Assembly: GCA_949915775.1 (NCBI GenBank) | Contig: CATLEG010000001.1 | Span: 13,292-77,291 of the forward strand | DNA length: 64,000 nt | Direction: 5' to 3' | DNA from: an uncultured Candidatus Melainabacteria bacterium | GTDB lineage: Bacteria > Cyanobacteriota > Vampirovibrionia > Gastranaerophilales > Gastranaerophilaceae | Shown here: in pieces, positions 10,916-21,270 of the stretch | Position numbering within the stretch: position 1 is the stretch's first letter | Layout of the letters: every line of letters starts with the position of its first letter | Program-made: the position numbers and the translations under genes | Notes under the pieces: model-generated | What the model was told of the DNA's origin: nothing | Seen by the model: only the letters and a program-made list of their open reading frames with translations | Database searches by the model: none

Positions 10916-11905
10916 AATTCTCACTTTCGGCACTACGGACATTCCGGGAACTATATTAAATTCATTCGGGTCAATTTCTTCTGTAAACACGATTTTTACA
11001 GGAATTCTCTGTACGATTTTAACGAATGAACCTACAGCGTTTTCAGGCGGGAATAAACTTGATTTTGCGCCTGATGCTCTTTGAATGCTGTCAACTTTAC
11101 CTTTGAAAGTATGATTTGGATAAGTATCGATTTTTATATCAACTTCTTGACCCGGTTTCATGTGACGTAATTGGTTTTCTTTGTAGTTTGCTACAATCCA
11201 GACATTTTCGGGAACAATTACAAACAAGGGAGTTCCGATATTAACATACATACCTTTTTCAACACGTCTTGAAGAAACAGTACCAGTTTGAGGTGCGTAA
11301 ATATTTGTATAACCAAGATTTAATTTCGCCTTGTCTCTTAATGCTTTAATCTCTTTTAAATCAGCATCGGCAACTTTGTTTCCGCCTTGAGAAAGTAAAG
11401 CTTCTTCTGCATTTGTTAAGTTTGCCTGAGCAGAATCATATTTTGCCTGTGCCTGATCTAAAGTTTGTTTTGATACAGCACCTTGTTCAAAAAGATTTTT
11501 GTATCTGTCTAAATCTTTTTTTGCAGTGTCAATATTTGATTGCATAGCCTTAAAATTGGCCTTTGCATTTTTTTGGTTTAACAACATTTTTTCATATTTA
11601 GCCTCAGCTTGTGCTAAAGCAATTTCATAATCCGCAGGGTCGATTTTTGCAACCAAATCACCTTCTTTAACTTTTTGGTTATCTGTGATAAATATTTCTG
11701 TTATTTGTCCTGATACACGCGGAGCAACCTGAACGGTTGTTGTTTCAACATATGCATCATCAGTTGATTGATACAATAATGCATCATGAATGAAAAAAGC
11801 TCCTGCGACTGCCACAACCGCTCCTACACCGATTGCAATAAATCTTTTGAACGGTTTATGTTCTTGTTTCAATTCTTGTTCATTTGTTGTATTTTCTTCT
11901 GTCAT
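10910..11905 (-). CDS. emrA: HlyD/EmrA-family membrane fusion protein
   Basis: STDDAYV, VAPRVSGQITEI, VGSFVKIVQRIPVKI, PGMSV. Confidence 0.93.
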   Translation of the reverse strand: MTEENTTNEQELKQEHKPFKRFIAIGVGAVVAVAGAFFIHDALLYQSTDDAYVETTTVQVAPRVSGQITEIFITDNQKVKEGDLVAKIDPADYEIALAQAEAKYEKMLLNQKNAKANFKAMQSNIDTAKKDLDRYKNLFEQGAVSKQTLDQAQAKYDSAQANLTNAEEALLSQGGNKVADADLKEIKALRDKAKLNLGYTNIYAPQTGTVSSRRVEKGMYVNIGTPLFVIVPENVWIVANYKENQLRHMKPGQEVDIKIDTYPNHTFKGKVDSIQRASGAKSSLFPPENAVGSFVKIVQRIPVKIVFTEEIDPNEFNIVPGMSVVPKVRIK

Positions 11906-11923
11906 TTAGTTCTCCTTTTTATC

Positions 11924-12012
11924 TAAGACCGGATGTCAAGATGTCAGGAGGCTATTATAGGTGAGCGTTGCTCACGAAACCAGCCTGTCTTCTTGTCATC
12001 CTGCCTTCTATT
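11924..12012. repeat. Octamer-arm repeat element, copy C
   Basis: AAGACCGGATGTCAAGATGTCAGGAGG + ATTATAGGTGAGCGTTGCTCACGAAA + GCCTGTCTTCTTGTCATCCTGCCTTC. Confidence 0.9.
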
Positions 12013-12019
12013 TTTCCAA

Positions 12020-12484
12020 TCATATATTCGTTTCTACCATTTGTTCCAATTCTAATCTGAAAGCTTTTAAGACACTTTGAACTTTATTCCATGTTTCTTC
12101 CGGTACTTTGTGAGTTACACTTTCAAAGTAATGTCTAATTTTTTTGTTAATAAAATTGAGTTCTTTATAACCTTTTTCAGTAATCCCCATTTTTTTAACA
12201 AGTCTGTTATTCTTTGTGTCAATAAATCTTGTAATAAATCCTTTTTGTTCCAGCGTATCTAAAATTCTGCCTGTATTTGCTCTATCTTTGATAAGAATTT
12301 TTGCCAAATCTCTTTGACAAATTCCGGCATTAATAGAAATTGTGTCCAATGCAGCATATTCATCCATGGTAATTCCTATTTCAAGTTTTTCAAAAAGCTG
12401 TTTACCAAGCATTTTCATCAACCTTGAAGTCTGCTCAAGTTCATAATGTATACTGTCTGTGTAATGTTCTATTTTTTCTGCCAT
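12020..12484 (-). CDS. MarR-family regulator of the efflux cluster
   Basis: ICQRDLAKILIKDRANTGRILDTLEQKGFITR winged helix; likely start MAEK (ATG12484). Confidence 0.9.
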   Translation of the reverse strand: MAEKIEHYTDSIHYELEQTSRLMKMLGKQLFEKLEIGITMDEYAALDTISINAGICQRDLAKILIKDRANTGRILDTLEQKGFITRFIDTKNNRLVKKMGITEKGYKELNFINKKIRHYFESVTHKVPEETWNKVQSVLKAFRLELEQMVETNI

Positions 12485-12527
12485 TCTGATTACCGTTAAA
12501 ATTTTAATATATGTTGTAAAAAAAATA

Positions 12528-12543
12528 TGTTGCATTTACAACA
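12528..12543. promoter_or_regulatory. Putative MarR operator in the divergent promoter region
   Basis: Inverted repeat TGTTG-CATTTA-CAACA; ATATGTTG also occurs about 17 nt upstream. Confidence 0.5.
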
Positions 12544-12592
12544 ATATTATGCTAACATATGATTATAAAAAATGCAAGAGGAAATTTTTGCA

Positions 12593-12688
12593 AAGAAGAA
12601 CAGAAGGCAAGAAGGTAAGAAGACAAGCTGGTTTCGTGAGCAAAGCTCACATATAATAGCCTCCTAACGTCTTGACATCCGGTCTTCT
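12593..12688. repeat. Octamer-arm repeat element, copy D (inverted)
   Basis: GAAGAACAGAAGGCAAGAAGGTAAGAAGACAAGC + GTGAGC-AAA-GCTCAC + CCTCCTAACGTCTTGACATCCGGTCTT; reverse complement of copies A/C. Confidence 0.88.
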
Positions 12689-12704
12689 GATAGAAAGGAT
12701 ATCA

Positions 12705-14102
12705 ATGAAAAAGATAATAACAATTGCACTATTAACAAGTATTATAAGCCTTAATATCATACCGGCTATGGCAGATTCACCCCAGCCGAAACAGTTCAAA
12801 AGCATGGTTAGTAAAAATAAGAAGGCTCCAGATGAAAGCTATAAATTTGCATATATTAATATAAATTGGTGGGAAAATTTTAATGACGATTTATTAAATA
12901 ATTATATTGAAAAAGCTGTTTTAAATAATTACGATTTAAAAATGGCAACTATAAATGTTGAAGAATATTACCAACAAACAAGAGCACAGTTTGCAAATGA
13001 ATTACCTTCTGCAACTGCGGGTTTTGGGCCTTCATTGATTAAAATGCCCGGAGCAACAAATACTAAGGCCGGTTTTGGAGTTCCGATGATTGTTCAATAT
13101 GAAGCTGATATCTTCTTGAAAAACAGAAATAAAACTCAATCTGTTAAGAAGCTTTATGAAGGTTCAAAAATGGATGAACGTGCTGCATATATAGCAATTG
13201 CATCTGCTGTGGGTTCAACTTATTTTAATATTGCAAATCTTGATAAAATTATTTCTTTACAGGAAGAAATTGTTAATATAAGACAAGATATTTATAATTT
13301 GATGTTAGCACGTAACAAAGAAGGGTTAACCTCTACTGCTGACACAATTAAGGCAAACAAAGCACTTGTTAATGGACAAACTGATTTATTAGAACTTAAA
13401 AAACAAAGAGAAAAATTATTAAATCAATTTTGTGTGCTTATTGGTGAAAGTCCGGAAAATGCATCATCAATTGAAAGAACATCATTTGACAACTTAAATT
13501 ATGATTTTGCAATTCCTTCTCAAATCCCTTCAGAAATTATTGTAAACCGTCCAGATTACGTTAAAGCGGAACTGATGGTTGAAAAAGCCGGAATTGATGT
13601 TAAAGTTGCTAAAAAAGAATTTTTACCATCAATTAATATTATAGGCGGCGGTTTGTTTAACGCAGGCGATATCGGCAGTCTGTTTACTACAAAAAATATG
13701 CTTTTAGGTGTTGCCGGCGGAATTATGACACCGTTATTTCAAGGTGGAGCATTGAAAGCTAATTTGAGATTGAAAAAAGCGACTTATGAAAGAGTTTTGC
13801 AAAACTATTACAAAACCAACTTGACAGCAATCCAAGAAGTCAATGATGCTCTTGTTGCTTCTCGTATGGATAAAGAAAAAATGATTCAAACAGAAAAACA
13901 ATACAATTTGGAAAAAGCAGATTACAAATTTAATGAACAAAAATTTAATCAAGGTACAATTTCAAAACTTGATTTAATTCAACATCAAGAAAATTTGCTT
14001 ACAATCGAAAAATTAGTTGCACAACAAAAAGCAGAATGTATGACGGATGCAATAAGCTTGTATAAAGCTACAGGCAGCCGTCCATACGACTACGTAAATT
14101 AA
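12705..14102 (+). CDS. TolC/OprM-family outer-membrane efflux protein
   Basis: Signal peptide, NWWENFNDDLLNNYIEKAVLNNYDLK, RPDYVKAE, LYKATG. AAGGA RBS before ATG12705. Confidence 0.9.
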   Translation: MKKIITIALLTSIISLNIIPAMADSPQPKQFKSMVSKNKKAPDESYKFAYININWWENFNDDLLNNYIEKAVLNNYDLKMATINVEEYYQQTRAQFANELPSATAGFGPSLIKMPGATNTKAGFGVPMIVQYEADIFLKNRNKTQSVKKLYEGSKMDERAAYIAIASAVGSTYFNIANLDKIISLQEEIVNIRQDIYNLMLARNKEGLTSTADTIKANKALVNGQTDLLELKKQREKLLNQFCVLIGESPENASSIERTSFDNLNYDFAIPSQIPSEIIVNRPDYVKAELMVEKAGIDVKVAKKEFLPSINIIGGGLFNAGDIGSLFTTKNMLLGVAGGIMTPLFQGGALKANLRLKKATYERVLQNYYKTNLTAIQEVNDALVASRMDKEKMIQTEKQYNLEKADYKFNEQKFNQGTISKLDLIQHQENLLTIEKLVAQQKAECMTDAISLYKATGSRPYDYVN

Positions 14103-14111
14103 GGAGCGCAG

Positions 14112-14223
14112 CCAAAATTTAATAAATAACACCAAGATATACTTACATGGCTACGTGCGTAACAAATACCAAAATTTAATAAATAATACCAAGATATACT
14201 TACATGGCTACGTGCGTAGCACA
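14112..14223. repeat. 57-bp tandem duplication (2 copies) ending in a REP-like palindrome
   Basis: CCAAAATTTAATAAATAA(C/T)ACCAAGATATACTTACATGGCTACGTGCGTA(A/G)CA at 14112 and 14169. Confidence 0.9.
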
Positions 14224-14250
14224 TCATCACCTCTTTACTTATAAGAAGTA

Positions 14251-14286
14251 AAGCGCCGGCAAAAATAATTGCCGGCCTTTTTTTAT
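14251..14286. terminator. Intrinsic terminator between tolC and prs
   Basis: GCCGGCAA-AAATAA-TTGCCGGC followed by a T tract. Confidence 0.8.
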
Positions 14287-14291
14287 TATAA

Positions 14292-15305
14292 TTATTGAAT
14301 TTGCATTTCTTTTTCAAATCCGAACAATGAACTTACTGATTCATCATCATGAATTCTTGCAATAGCTGCTCCTAAAAGCGGTGCAACAGAAAGCTGTTTA
14401 ATATTTGGAGGCATTTTTTCCATATCCAAAGGAATTGAATTTGTAACGATGCATTGTTTGATAGGTGAATTTGCAAGTCTTTCAATCGCAGGGCCTGAAA
14501 ATACAGGGTGTGCTGCGCATACGTAAACTTCTTTTGCCCCTTCCTTCTTTAAAAGTTTAGAAGCTTCACAAATAGTTCCGGCTGTATCAATGATATCATC
14601 GTACATTACGCAAACTTTATCTTTAACTTCACCGATAACATGAGATGCAATAGCTTCATTATGTTTGTCACGACGTTTGTCAATGATTGCAAGTGAACAT
14701 CCAATAGTTTTTGCAAAATGTCTTGTTCTTTGAACACCACCTGTGTCAGGGCTAACTGCAACAATATCATCAGGATCAATATTCAAACTTTTAATATAAT
14801 TTGTTAATATTGGTTCTGCAAAAATATGGTCGACAAGAATATTGAAAAACCCTTGAATTTGACCGGTATGTAAATCCATTGCAAGAACTCTGTCTGCTCC
14901 CGCTGTTGTTAATAAATCAGCTACAAGTTTTGCTGTAATTGCTTCGCGGCCGGAAGTTTTTCTGTCCTGTCTTGCATAACCATAATAAGGAATTACTGCA
15001 GTAATAGTTTTAGCACTTGCACGTTTGAAAGCATCAATAATAATTAACAATTCCATAAGATTTTCGTTAACAGGATTGCAAAGAGGCTGAATAATAAATA
15101 CATCATCCCCTCTGACACTTTCTTTAACCTGCACATAAATTTCGCCATCGGCAAAATTTTTAATAACCATAGGCCCAATAGAAGTTCCAAGATAATCGGC
15201 AATTTCTTGAGCAAGTTTTGTGTTTGAACGTCCCGCAAAAAGTTTGATATCATGTGTCGGATTGATAGTTCGTTCTAACTGAGGAAAAGTCATTTCTGCT
15301 ACCAT
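14292..15305 (-). CDS. prs: Ribose-phosphate pyrophosphokinase
   Basis: FADGEIYVQV, VIPYYGYARQDRK, DLHTGQIQGFF, VSPDTGG, DDIIDTAGT. Confidence 0.97.
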   Translation of the reverse strand: MVAEMTFPQLERTINPTHDIKLFAGRSNTKLAQEIADYLGTSIGPMVIKNFADGEIYVQVKESVRGDDVFIIQPLCNPVNENLMELLIIIDAFKRASAKTITAVIPYYGYARQDRKTSGREAITAKLVADLLTTAGADRVLAMDLHTGQIQGFFNILVDHIFAEPILTNYIKSLNIDPDDIVAVSPDTGGVQRTRHFAKTIGCSLAIIDKRRDKHNEAIASHVIGEVKDKVCVMYDDIIDTAGTICEASKLLKKEGAKEVYVCAAHPVFSGPAIERLANSPIKQCIVTNSIPLDMEKMPPNIKQLSVAPLLGAAIARIHDDESVSSLFGFEKEMQIQ

Positions 15306-15458
15306 ATGTAATTCCTTTCATTTATATTGAATATTATAAATGTATTGGGTTATAACCTCAATAATTCATTAAGTAATATTACTAAAACAGGAACAGAAAA
15401 ATTTTTGCTAAAAATTAATGGATTTATATATAATTTTACACTAAAATCACCTCTATAT

Positions 15459-15520
15459 GTCACCTTGAACTTGTTTCAGGGTCTCATAACTAAGAGATGC
15501 TAAATCAAGTTCAGCATGAC
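15459..15520. repeat. Long palindromic element (RPE/REP-like, GTCA...TGAC family)
   Basis: GTCACCTTGAACTTGTTTCAGGGTCTC-ATAACTAA-GAGATGCTAAATCAAGTTCAGCATGAC; a half-copy lies at 43931-43959. Confidence 0.8.
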
Positions 15521-15558
15521 GGGTAGGAATTATTCTGTGTAAAATTATATATAAATCC

Positions 15559-15846
15559 TTAATTATCAATTAGAGAAAAATTTTCTGGTAAACCATCTTC
15601 AATTAATTTAACCAATTCTGAAGCTTTAATATTGTATGCTTCAGCAAGTTTGAAAATAGTGGTAATCTGCGGATCTTTAAGCGCACGTTCAATTGTACTG
15701 ATAATAGACACAGAAATATCATATTCACTAGAAAGAATAAATTGGCTTTTTTCACCTCTAAGTTTTCTAGCTTGTTTTGCTAATGATTTTAATATTATTT
15801 TCTTTTTTTCTTCAATTTTCTCTTGCATTTTAATTATTTTAACCAT
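15559..15846 (-). CDS. XRE-family HTH protein
   Basis: KSQFILSSEYDISVSIISTIERALKDPQITTIFKLAEAY; the start may be ATG15828. Confidence 0.8.
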   Translation of the reverse strand: MVKIIKMQEKIEEKKKIILKSLAKQARKLRGEKSQFILSSEYDISVSIISTIERALKDPQITTIFKLAEAYNIKASELVKLIEDGLPENFSLIDN

Positions 15847-15891
15847 ATGATAGATTTATCGCTTTCACGAACAAGAATAAAAAGGCTTAAA

Positions 15892-16242
15892 ATGTATAAA
15901 AAAACGATATTATTAGATTTGGATGGTGTCTTGAATGAGTATAATGGAAACTATATTCATGGGTATATACCGCCGGCGCGAAAAGATACGTTAAATTTTG
16001 TTAAGCAGTTATCAAAACAATATATTATAAAATTATTTACGACCCGGGATATAGAAATTGCAAAAAAATGGTTAAATGAAAATCGCCTGAGTGATTACAT
16101 AAATTCTGTAACAAATACAAAAGAGTTGGCATGGTTAATAATAGATGACAGGAGTATAAGATTTGACGGTTGTTATGAGAGCATGTTGAATAAGATTAAC
16201 AATTTTGAGGTTTGGTATAAAAAAGAAAAAGAAAATGCTTGA
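15892..16242 (+). CDS. HAD-superfamily (DxDGV) small phosphatase-like protein
   Basis: ILLDLDGVL, LFTTR, LIIDDR motifs. Confidence 0.7.
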   Translation: MYKKTILLDLDGVLNEYNGNYIHGYIPPARKDTLNFVKQLSKQYIIKLFTTRDIEIAKKWLNENRLSDYINSVTNTKELAWLIIDDRSIRFDGCYESMLNKINNFEVWYKKEKENA

Positions 16243-16296
16243 TTTTAAAAAATGTTCATGATAGATTATATCTTGCTAACCGAATTGAGAATTTGC

Positions 16297-17839
<1,543 letters not shown>

Positions 17840-17854
17840 TTAAAAACCTTGTTT

Positions 17855-18463
17855 TTATTTTGTGATAGCCTTTTTTATTTCTTTGATTGAGTTGTTATCG
17901 GTTGTAATTATTATTTTGTCGGCTCCGGAAATCGAAATTTCAAGAAAATATTTCTTATTTGTTTGTAATGTCGGAGTTGCTCCGGAGATTCCGCCGACGA
18001 TTGCTCCGACACCTCCAAGCAATAAGCCGCCGACTATTGCCCTTGCGACAACTGATTTATTTTTTTGAGTTTGTTCGATTTCCTCCAAAACCATGACATT
18101 TTCGATTTTATCAAAATCGATTTTTAAAATTTCTTTTTCAGAATCAAAAAATGAGATGTTTTTGTTTGCTATTCGACAAGAGAGTTTTTGTTGATAATCG
18201 GCAAATTTTACGCCTTGAATATGAACGATGTTGAATTTTTTTAAACCATGCTCCGGCATGGTTTTTTTATTATCAACAAACGATTTAATAAATTCCGGAT
18301 TTTTTTTGTTTAAATACAAATTAAGTCCTCCGGAAATCAACAAGAATAAGACTCCGAGAGGGGTTTTAATAAAAAACAAAATAATCCCGGCAAAAAATAA
18401 AATTATTGCCAATGTTAAAAAAAGTTTACATTTAAAATCGGGATTGTTAATTTTATTTGACAT
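17855..18463 (-). CDS. Two-TM membrane protein with glycine-rich hydrophobic segment (phage immunity-region protein)
   Basis: N-terminal TM pair; KSVVARAIVGGLLLGGVGAIVGG; lies between repressor and integrase; GGAG RBS before ATG18463. Confidence 0.75.
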   Translation of the reverse strand: MSNKINNPDFKCKLFLTLAIILFFAGIILFFIKTPLGVLFLLISGGLNLYLNKKNPEFIKSFVDNKKTMPEHGLKKFNIVHIQGVKFADYQQKLSCRIANKNISFFDSEKEILKIDFDKIENVMVLEEIEQTQKNKSVVARAIVGGLLLGGVGAIVGGISGATPTLQTNKKYFLEISISGADKIIITTDNNSIKEIKKAITK

Positions 18464-18836
18464 AATTTTCTCCGCTTGTAATATATAGACGCTCGGCAAG
18501 TCCGACAACGGCTTGAATGTCCGTCTCGTTCATATTTGAAACGATTTCAAATAATCTTTTTATGGTTTCACTTTTTGACATTTTTTCAACGAGACTCGCG
18601 GTTGATTCGTCCAAGAGGACCGGCGTTTTTGCGTCCGTTAAATTGATTAAGTCGTCAAGAGTACAGTTAAAAACCTTTGTTAATTGTCTTAATGTTTTTA
18701 AATTTGGATTTTGCGTTCTACCGCTCGAAATTCGCTCCACAGTTTGAACGGGCAATCCCGACAACTCCGCGATTTTGTCATTTGTTAATTTTAATTTCTT
18801 TTTAAAATAATTCATTTTTAAACTTAAATTTTCCAT
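18453..18836 (-). CDS. CI-like XRE repressor
   Basis: LTNDKIAELSGLPVQTVERISSGRTQNPNLKTLRQLTKVFNCTLDDL; divergent from a Cro-like gene. Confidence 0.88.
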   Translation of the reverse strand: MENLSLKMNYFKKKLKLTNDKIAELSGLPVQTVERISSGRTQNPNLKTLRQLTKVFNCTLDDLINLTDAKTPVLLDESTASLVEKMSKSETIKRLFEIVSNMNETDIQAVVGLAERLYITSGENYVK

Positions 18837-18919
18837 TCCGGGACCTCCGACAACATTATATTTTATAGGGTTGATATTTGCAACCGTTAATTTAATTAAA
18901 ACGTTAAAAGTTTTAAAAG

Positions 18920-19035
18920 TTTCGTTAAAATATTAACGAAAAAATTATTTCTTGACATTTTTTATATAATTTTGTAAAGTTGTAATCGTTAATCAATTAA
19001 CGATTTTATTATTTACATTTGTTAATACATTAACG
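18920..19035. promoter_or_regulatory. Three palindromic operators (CGTTAA-N4-TTAACG) and rightward promoter
   Basis: TTTCGTTAA-AATA-TTAACGAAA (18920-18941), AATCGTTAAT-CA-ATTAACGATT (18984-19005), TGTTAAT-AC-ATTAACG (19020-19035); TTGACA 18952, 17 nt, TAAAGT. Confidence 0.8.
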
Positions 19036-19065
19036 ATTTAATTAAAAAGTAAAGGAGAAAAAAGA

Positions 19066-19245
19066 ATGTTTCACAATTTATCGGCAGAGATTAGACGAAC
19101 CGGTTTAACAAATAAAGAGTTCGCAGAGAGGGTTCAAATTAACGCCGTTACATTTTCAAAAAAATTAAACGGGCACGTCGATTTTAATTTATCCGAAATT
19201 AAAAGGATTGTCGATTATTTTGAGTATAAATACATATTAAAATAA
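19066..19245 (+). CDS. Cro-like small HTH protein (59 aa; missing from the ORF track)
   Basis: AAGGAG RBS; MFHNLSAEIRRTGLTNKEFAERVQINAVTFSKKLNGHVDFNLSEIKRIVDYFEYKYILK. Confidence 0.85.
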   Translation: MFHNLSAEIRRTGLTNKEFAERVQINAVTFSKKLNGHVDFNLSEIKRIVDYFEYKYILK

Positions 19246-19341
19246 AAATTAAGGCGTTTAAAACGCCGTTAAATTTTTCACATGATCCATACAGAAATAC
19301 AATTTTAAATAAAAAATTACAAAAAGCGGCAGAAAGATTAC

Positions 19342-19380
19342 AAAAACCCGGCAATTTATTACAAGTTGCCGGGTTTTTTT
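19342..19380. terminator. Bidirectional terminator inside the element
   Basis: AAAAACCCGGCAA-loop-TTGCCGGGTTTTTTT. Confidence 0.85.
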
Positions 19381-19388
19381 GTTGCCTT

Positions 19389-19640
19389 TTATGCGTTTGG
19401 GTTTTTAAAGTATAAAAACATCCAATCCCGCCCCTCGTCTAATGTTAGCTGAAAACAATTTTTATATTTTGGGTATTTGGATTCGTTGCCGTTTTCATCT
19501 TTTATGTAATATGTTGTTGCCCCTTTCCAATCGCCTTTGCGGGTAAACCAACCCAATGCCCATGGGTCGCAAGGGTCGTGGTCTGAATATTTTGTTATTA
19601 AAACATATTCACCGGGTTTTGGGTTTTTTATTTTTCTCAT
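19389..19640 (-). CDS. Phage-like hypothetical protein (83 aa)
   Basis: GGGGTG RBS; start overlaps the upstream stop (ATGA); VLITKYSDHDPCDPWALGWF. Confidence 0.7.
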   Translation of the reverse strand: MRKIKNPKPGEYVLITKYSDHDPCDPWALGWFTRKGDWKGATTYYIKDENGNESKYPKYKNCFQLTLDEGRDWMFLYFKNPNA

Positions 19641-20149
19641 TTTTCACCCCCTTGTAAAATTGGGTCGATTACGGCATGGCGTTTGCGGTAACGGTCTAAT
19701 GTTTCAATTAAATACGCTAACTCCTTTGCCGTTACCTTTTGTGTTTGCAGCATTTTTGCAACGTCCGGGTTGTTTCTGATAGATTCCAGGGCGTTTAGTA
19801 AAAATGTTTTTTCATCAAGTGTTATGCGTTGGTTTAATGTTTCAGTACGCTCCGTACCTTTACGCCTCCCGCCGCCACGATAACCGCCATGCGGGTATTG
19901 TGTTTTATATAGGTTTTTAAATACATCATCAACCGCCGCAAATGCACGCAATACATCTTTTGGTAATATATCCGGGTTTTTGTTGCAAAAATCTGTTATA
20001 TATCTTATTTTGGCGTTTGTAATTTTATCATTGCCACGCCCCCGCACACTAACACGAGCGTCGCTTAAAACCTTTTTACAATGACGTATTACAATAAAAA
20101 TATCATCACCGTAACCCTCCCGGTGTTCATATATGACGTTTAATCGCAT
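19637..20149 (-). CDS. Hypothetical DNA-binding protein (HGGYRGGGRRKG motif followed by an RHH-like segment)
   Basis: AAAGGTGG RBS; basic Gly/Arg hook then TETLNQRITLDEKTFL. Confidence 0.65.
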   Translation of the reverse strand: MRLNVIYEHREGYGDDIFIVIRHCKKVLSDARVSVRGRGNDKITNAKIRYITDFCNKNPDILPKDVLRAFAAVDDVFKNLYKTQYPHGGYRGGGRRKGTERTETLNQRITLDEKTFLLNALESIRNNPDVAKMLQTQKVTAKELAYLIETLDRYRKRHAVIDPILQGGEK

Positions 20150-20602
20150 TGTTTGCCACCTTTCGTTTTTTGCCAGTTGCCCGGTGTTGCTTGTACTATA
20201 TATGCCGCCATATTTCTTGCCGGTATTTATGCCGCACGCCGGTTGTGGTTTTACATTTTTTGATTTTTCAAAATTCAGAAATTCAAAATCCGTTTTTAGT
20301 TTTTCAGTTTTTTAAATTTTTGTTTTTGCGTTTTGCAAAATTGCCTAATGCCAAATTCTTTTTTCTATCTTTTGAAAATCTATTTTTATTATAAATCGTG
20401 TTTTGATTTTTGCAAGTCAAAAAACAAAAAACACTTTTTGCTTTTTACATTTCTTAATTTTGTTTTTTGTATAGCAAAAACCAAAAAACGCAACTTGAAA
20501 AATTAAAAGGTAAATTTTGCGTAATTTTTCACCTCCGCCGCACTCGCCGGCAAAAATACCCCGACCGCCAAAACACACGCCCCGCCGTGCTTTAACGTTC
20601 AA

Positions 20603-20700
20603 AGGTACTGTGCCGCCCCTCAAAACAAACGGGGGTTGTTGTCCCGCCTGCCGTCTTGTTTATAGTCCGCAAATTTTTTTAATTTGGCAAAATTTTTTTC
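20603..20700 (+). other. cos-like packaging-site candidate
   Basis: AGGTACT, 19 nt, ACGGGGG..., then T-rich tracts, within 700 bp of non-coding DNA; loosely resembles lambda cosQ-cosN spacing. Confidence 0.3.
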
Positions 20701-21100
20701 CTGGTATTCTCTAAACTCTTTAATATAAAAGGTTTTTAGCAATTTGTATTTGTAATAAAATCAATTATAAAGTGATATGCTAAAAAGCAATAACAATAAG
20801 GGTTTTAAGATAATAAAAAATTATAAAAATTTCAAGTTAAAAAATCAACAATTTTGCAGCAATAAAATTATAAAAAATCATACTGGGTGCGGGTTTGTGT
20901 TATTTGCAAAAATCAACTTGAAAAAGCAACCGTAAAATTTAAAAAAATAAACTTGATAATGTATATCAAAAAACAAATTATGCACATTTTAAAATGTGTT
21001 CAATCTCAATAATATTAAGGTTTTCTCTATTTTCTTTTAACTCTTTTATAAAATCTTTTATGTACAAAATTAAGTTCGATTTTTGACACCTACGCTCCAT

Positions 21101-21137
21101 ATAAAAAAGGACAGGATTTATACCTGTCCTTTTTTAT
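21101..21137. terminator. Bidirectional terminator (original tRNA-Ile terminator in the empty site)
   Basis: ATAAAAAAGGACAGG-ATTTATA-CCTGTCCTTTTTTAT directly after the right-hand CCAT. Confidence 0.88.
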
Positions 21138-21270
21138 ATCTGCTATGGTTTTGAATTACAGATATTATCATTAACGGGACGCACTCTAAGTATTCAGTAT
21201 GTGGTTATGAGCAAGGACTCCGTTAAAAGCTGACTAAATGTCAGGTTTTAATGGAGGGCTGATAAGGGAT
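21101..21270 (-). ncRNA. Candidate ~170-nt structured sRNA
   Basis: Extended -10 TGC-TACTAT (21284-21276); long hairpin CTCCATTAAAA..CTGAC/GTCAG..TTTTAACGGAG; no ORF; strong terminator. Confidence 0.4.

Noticed and set aside
14112-14223. Possible mini CRISPR array
   Set aside because: Units are identical end to end with no unique spacers, there are only two copies, and no cas genes are present.
20149-20714. ORFs 20133-20315, 20149-20394, 20417-20623, 20517-20714
   Set aside because: Low-complexity translations of T/A tracts and GC patches with no credible RBS; the region is treated as non-coding.
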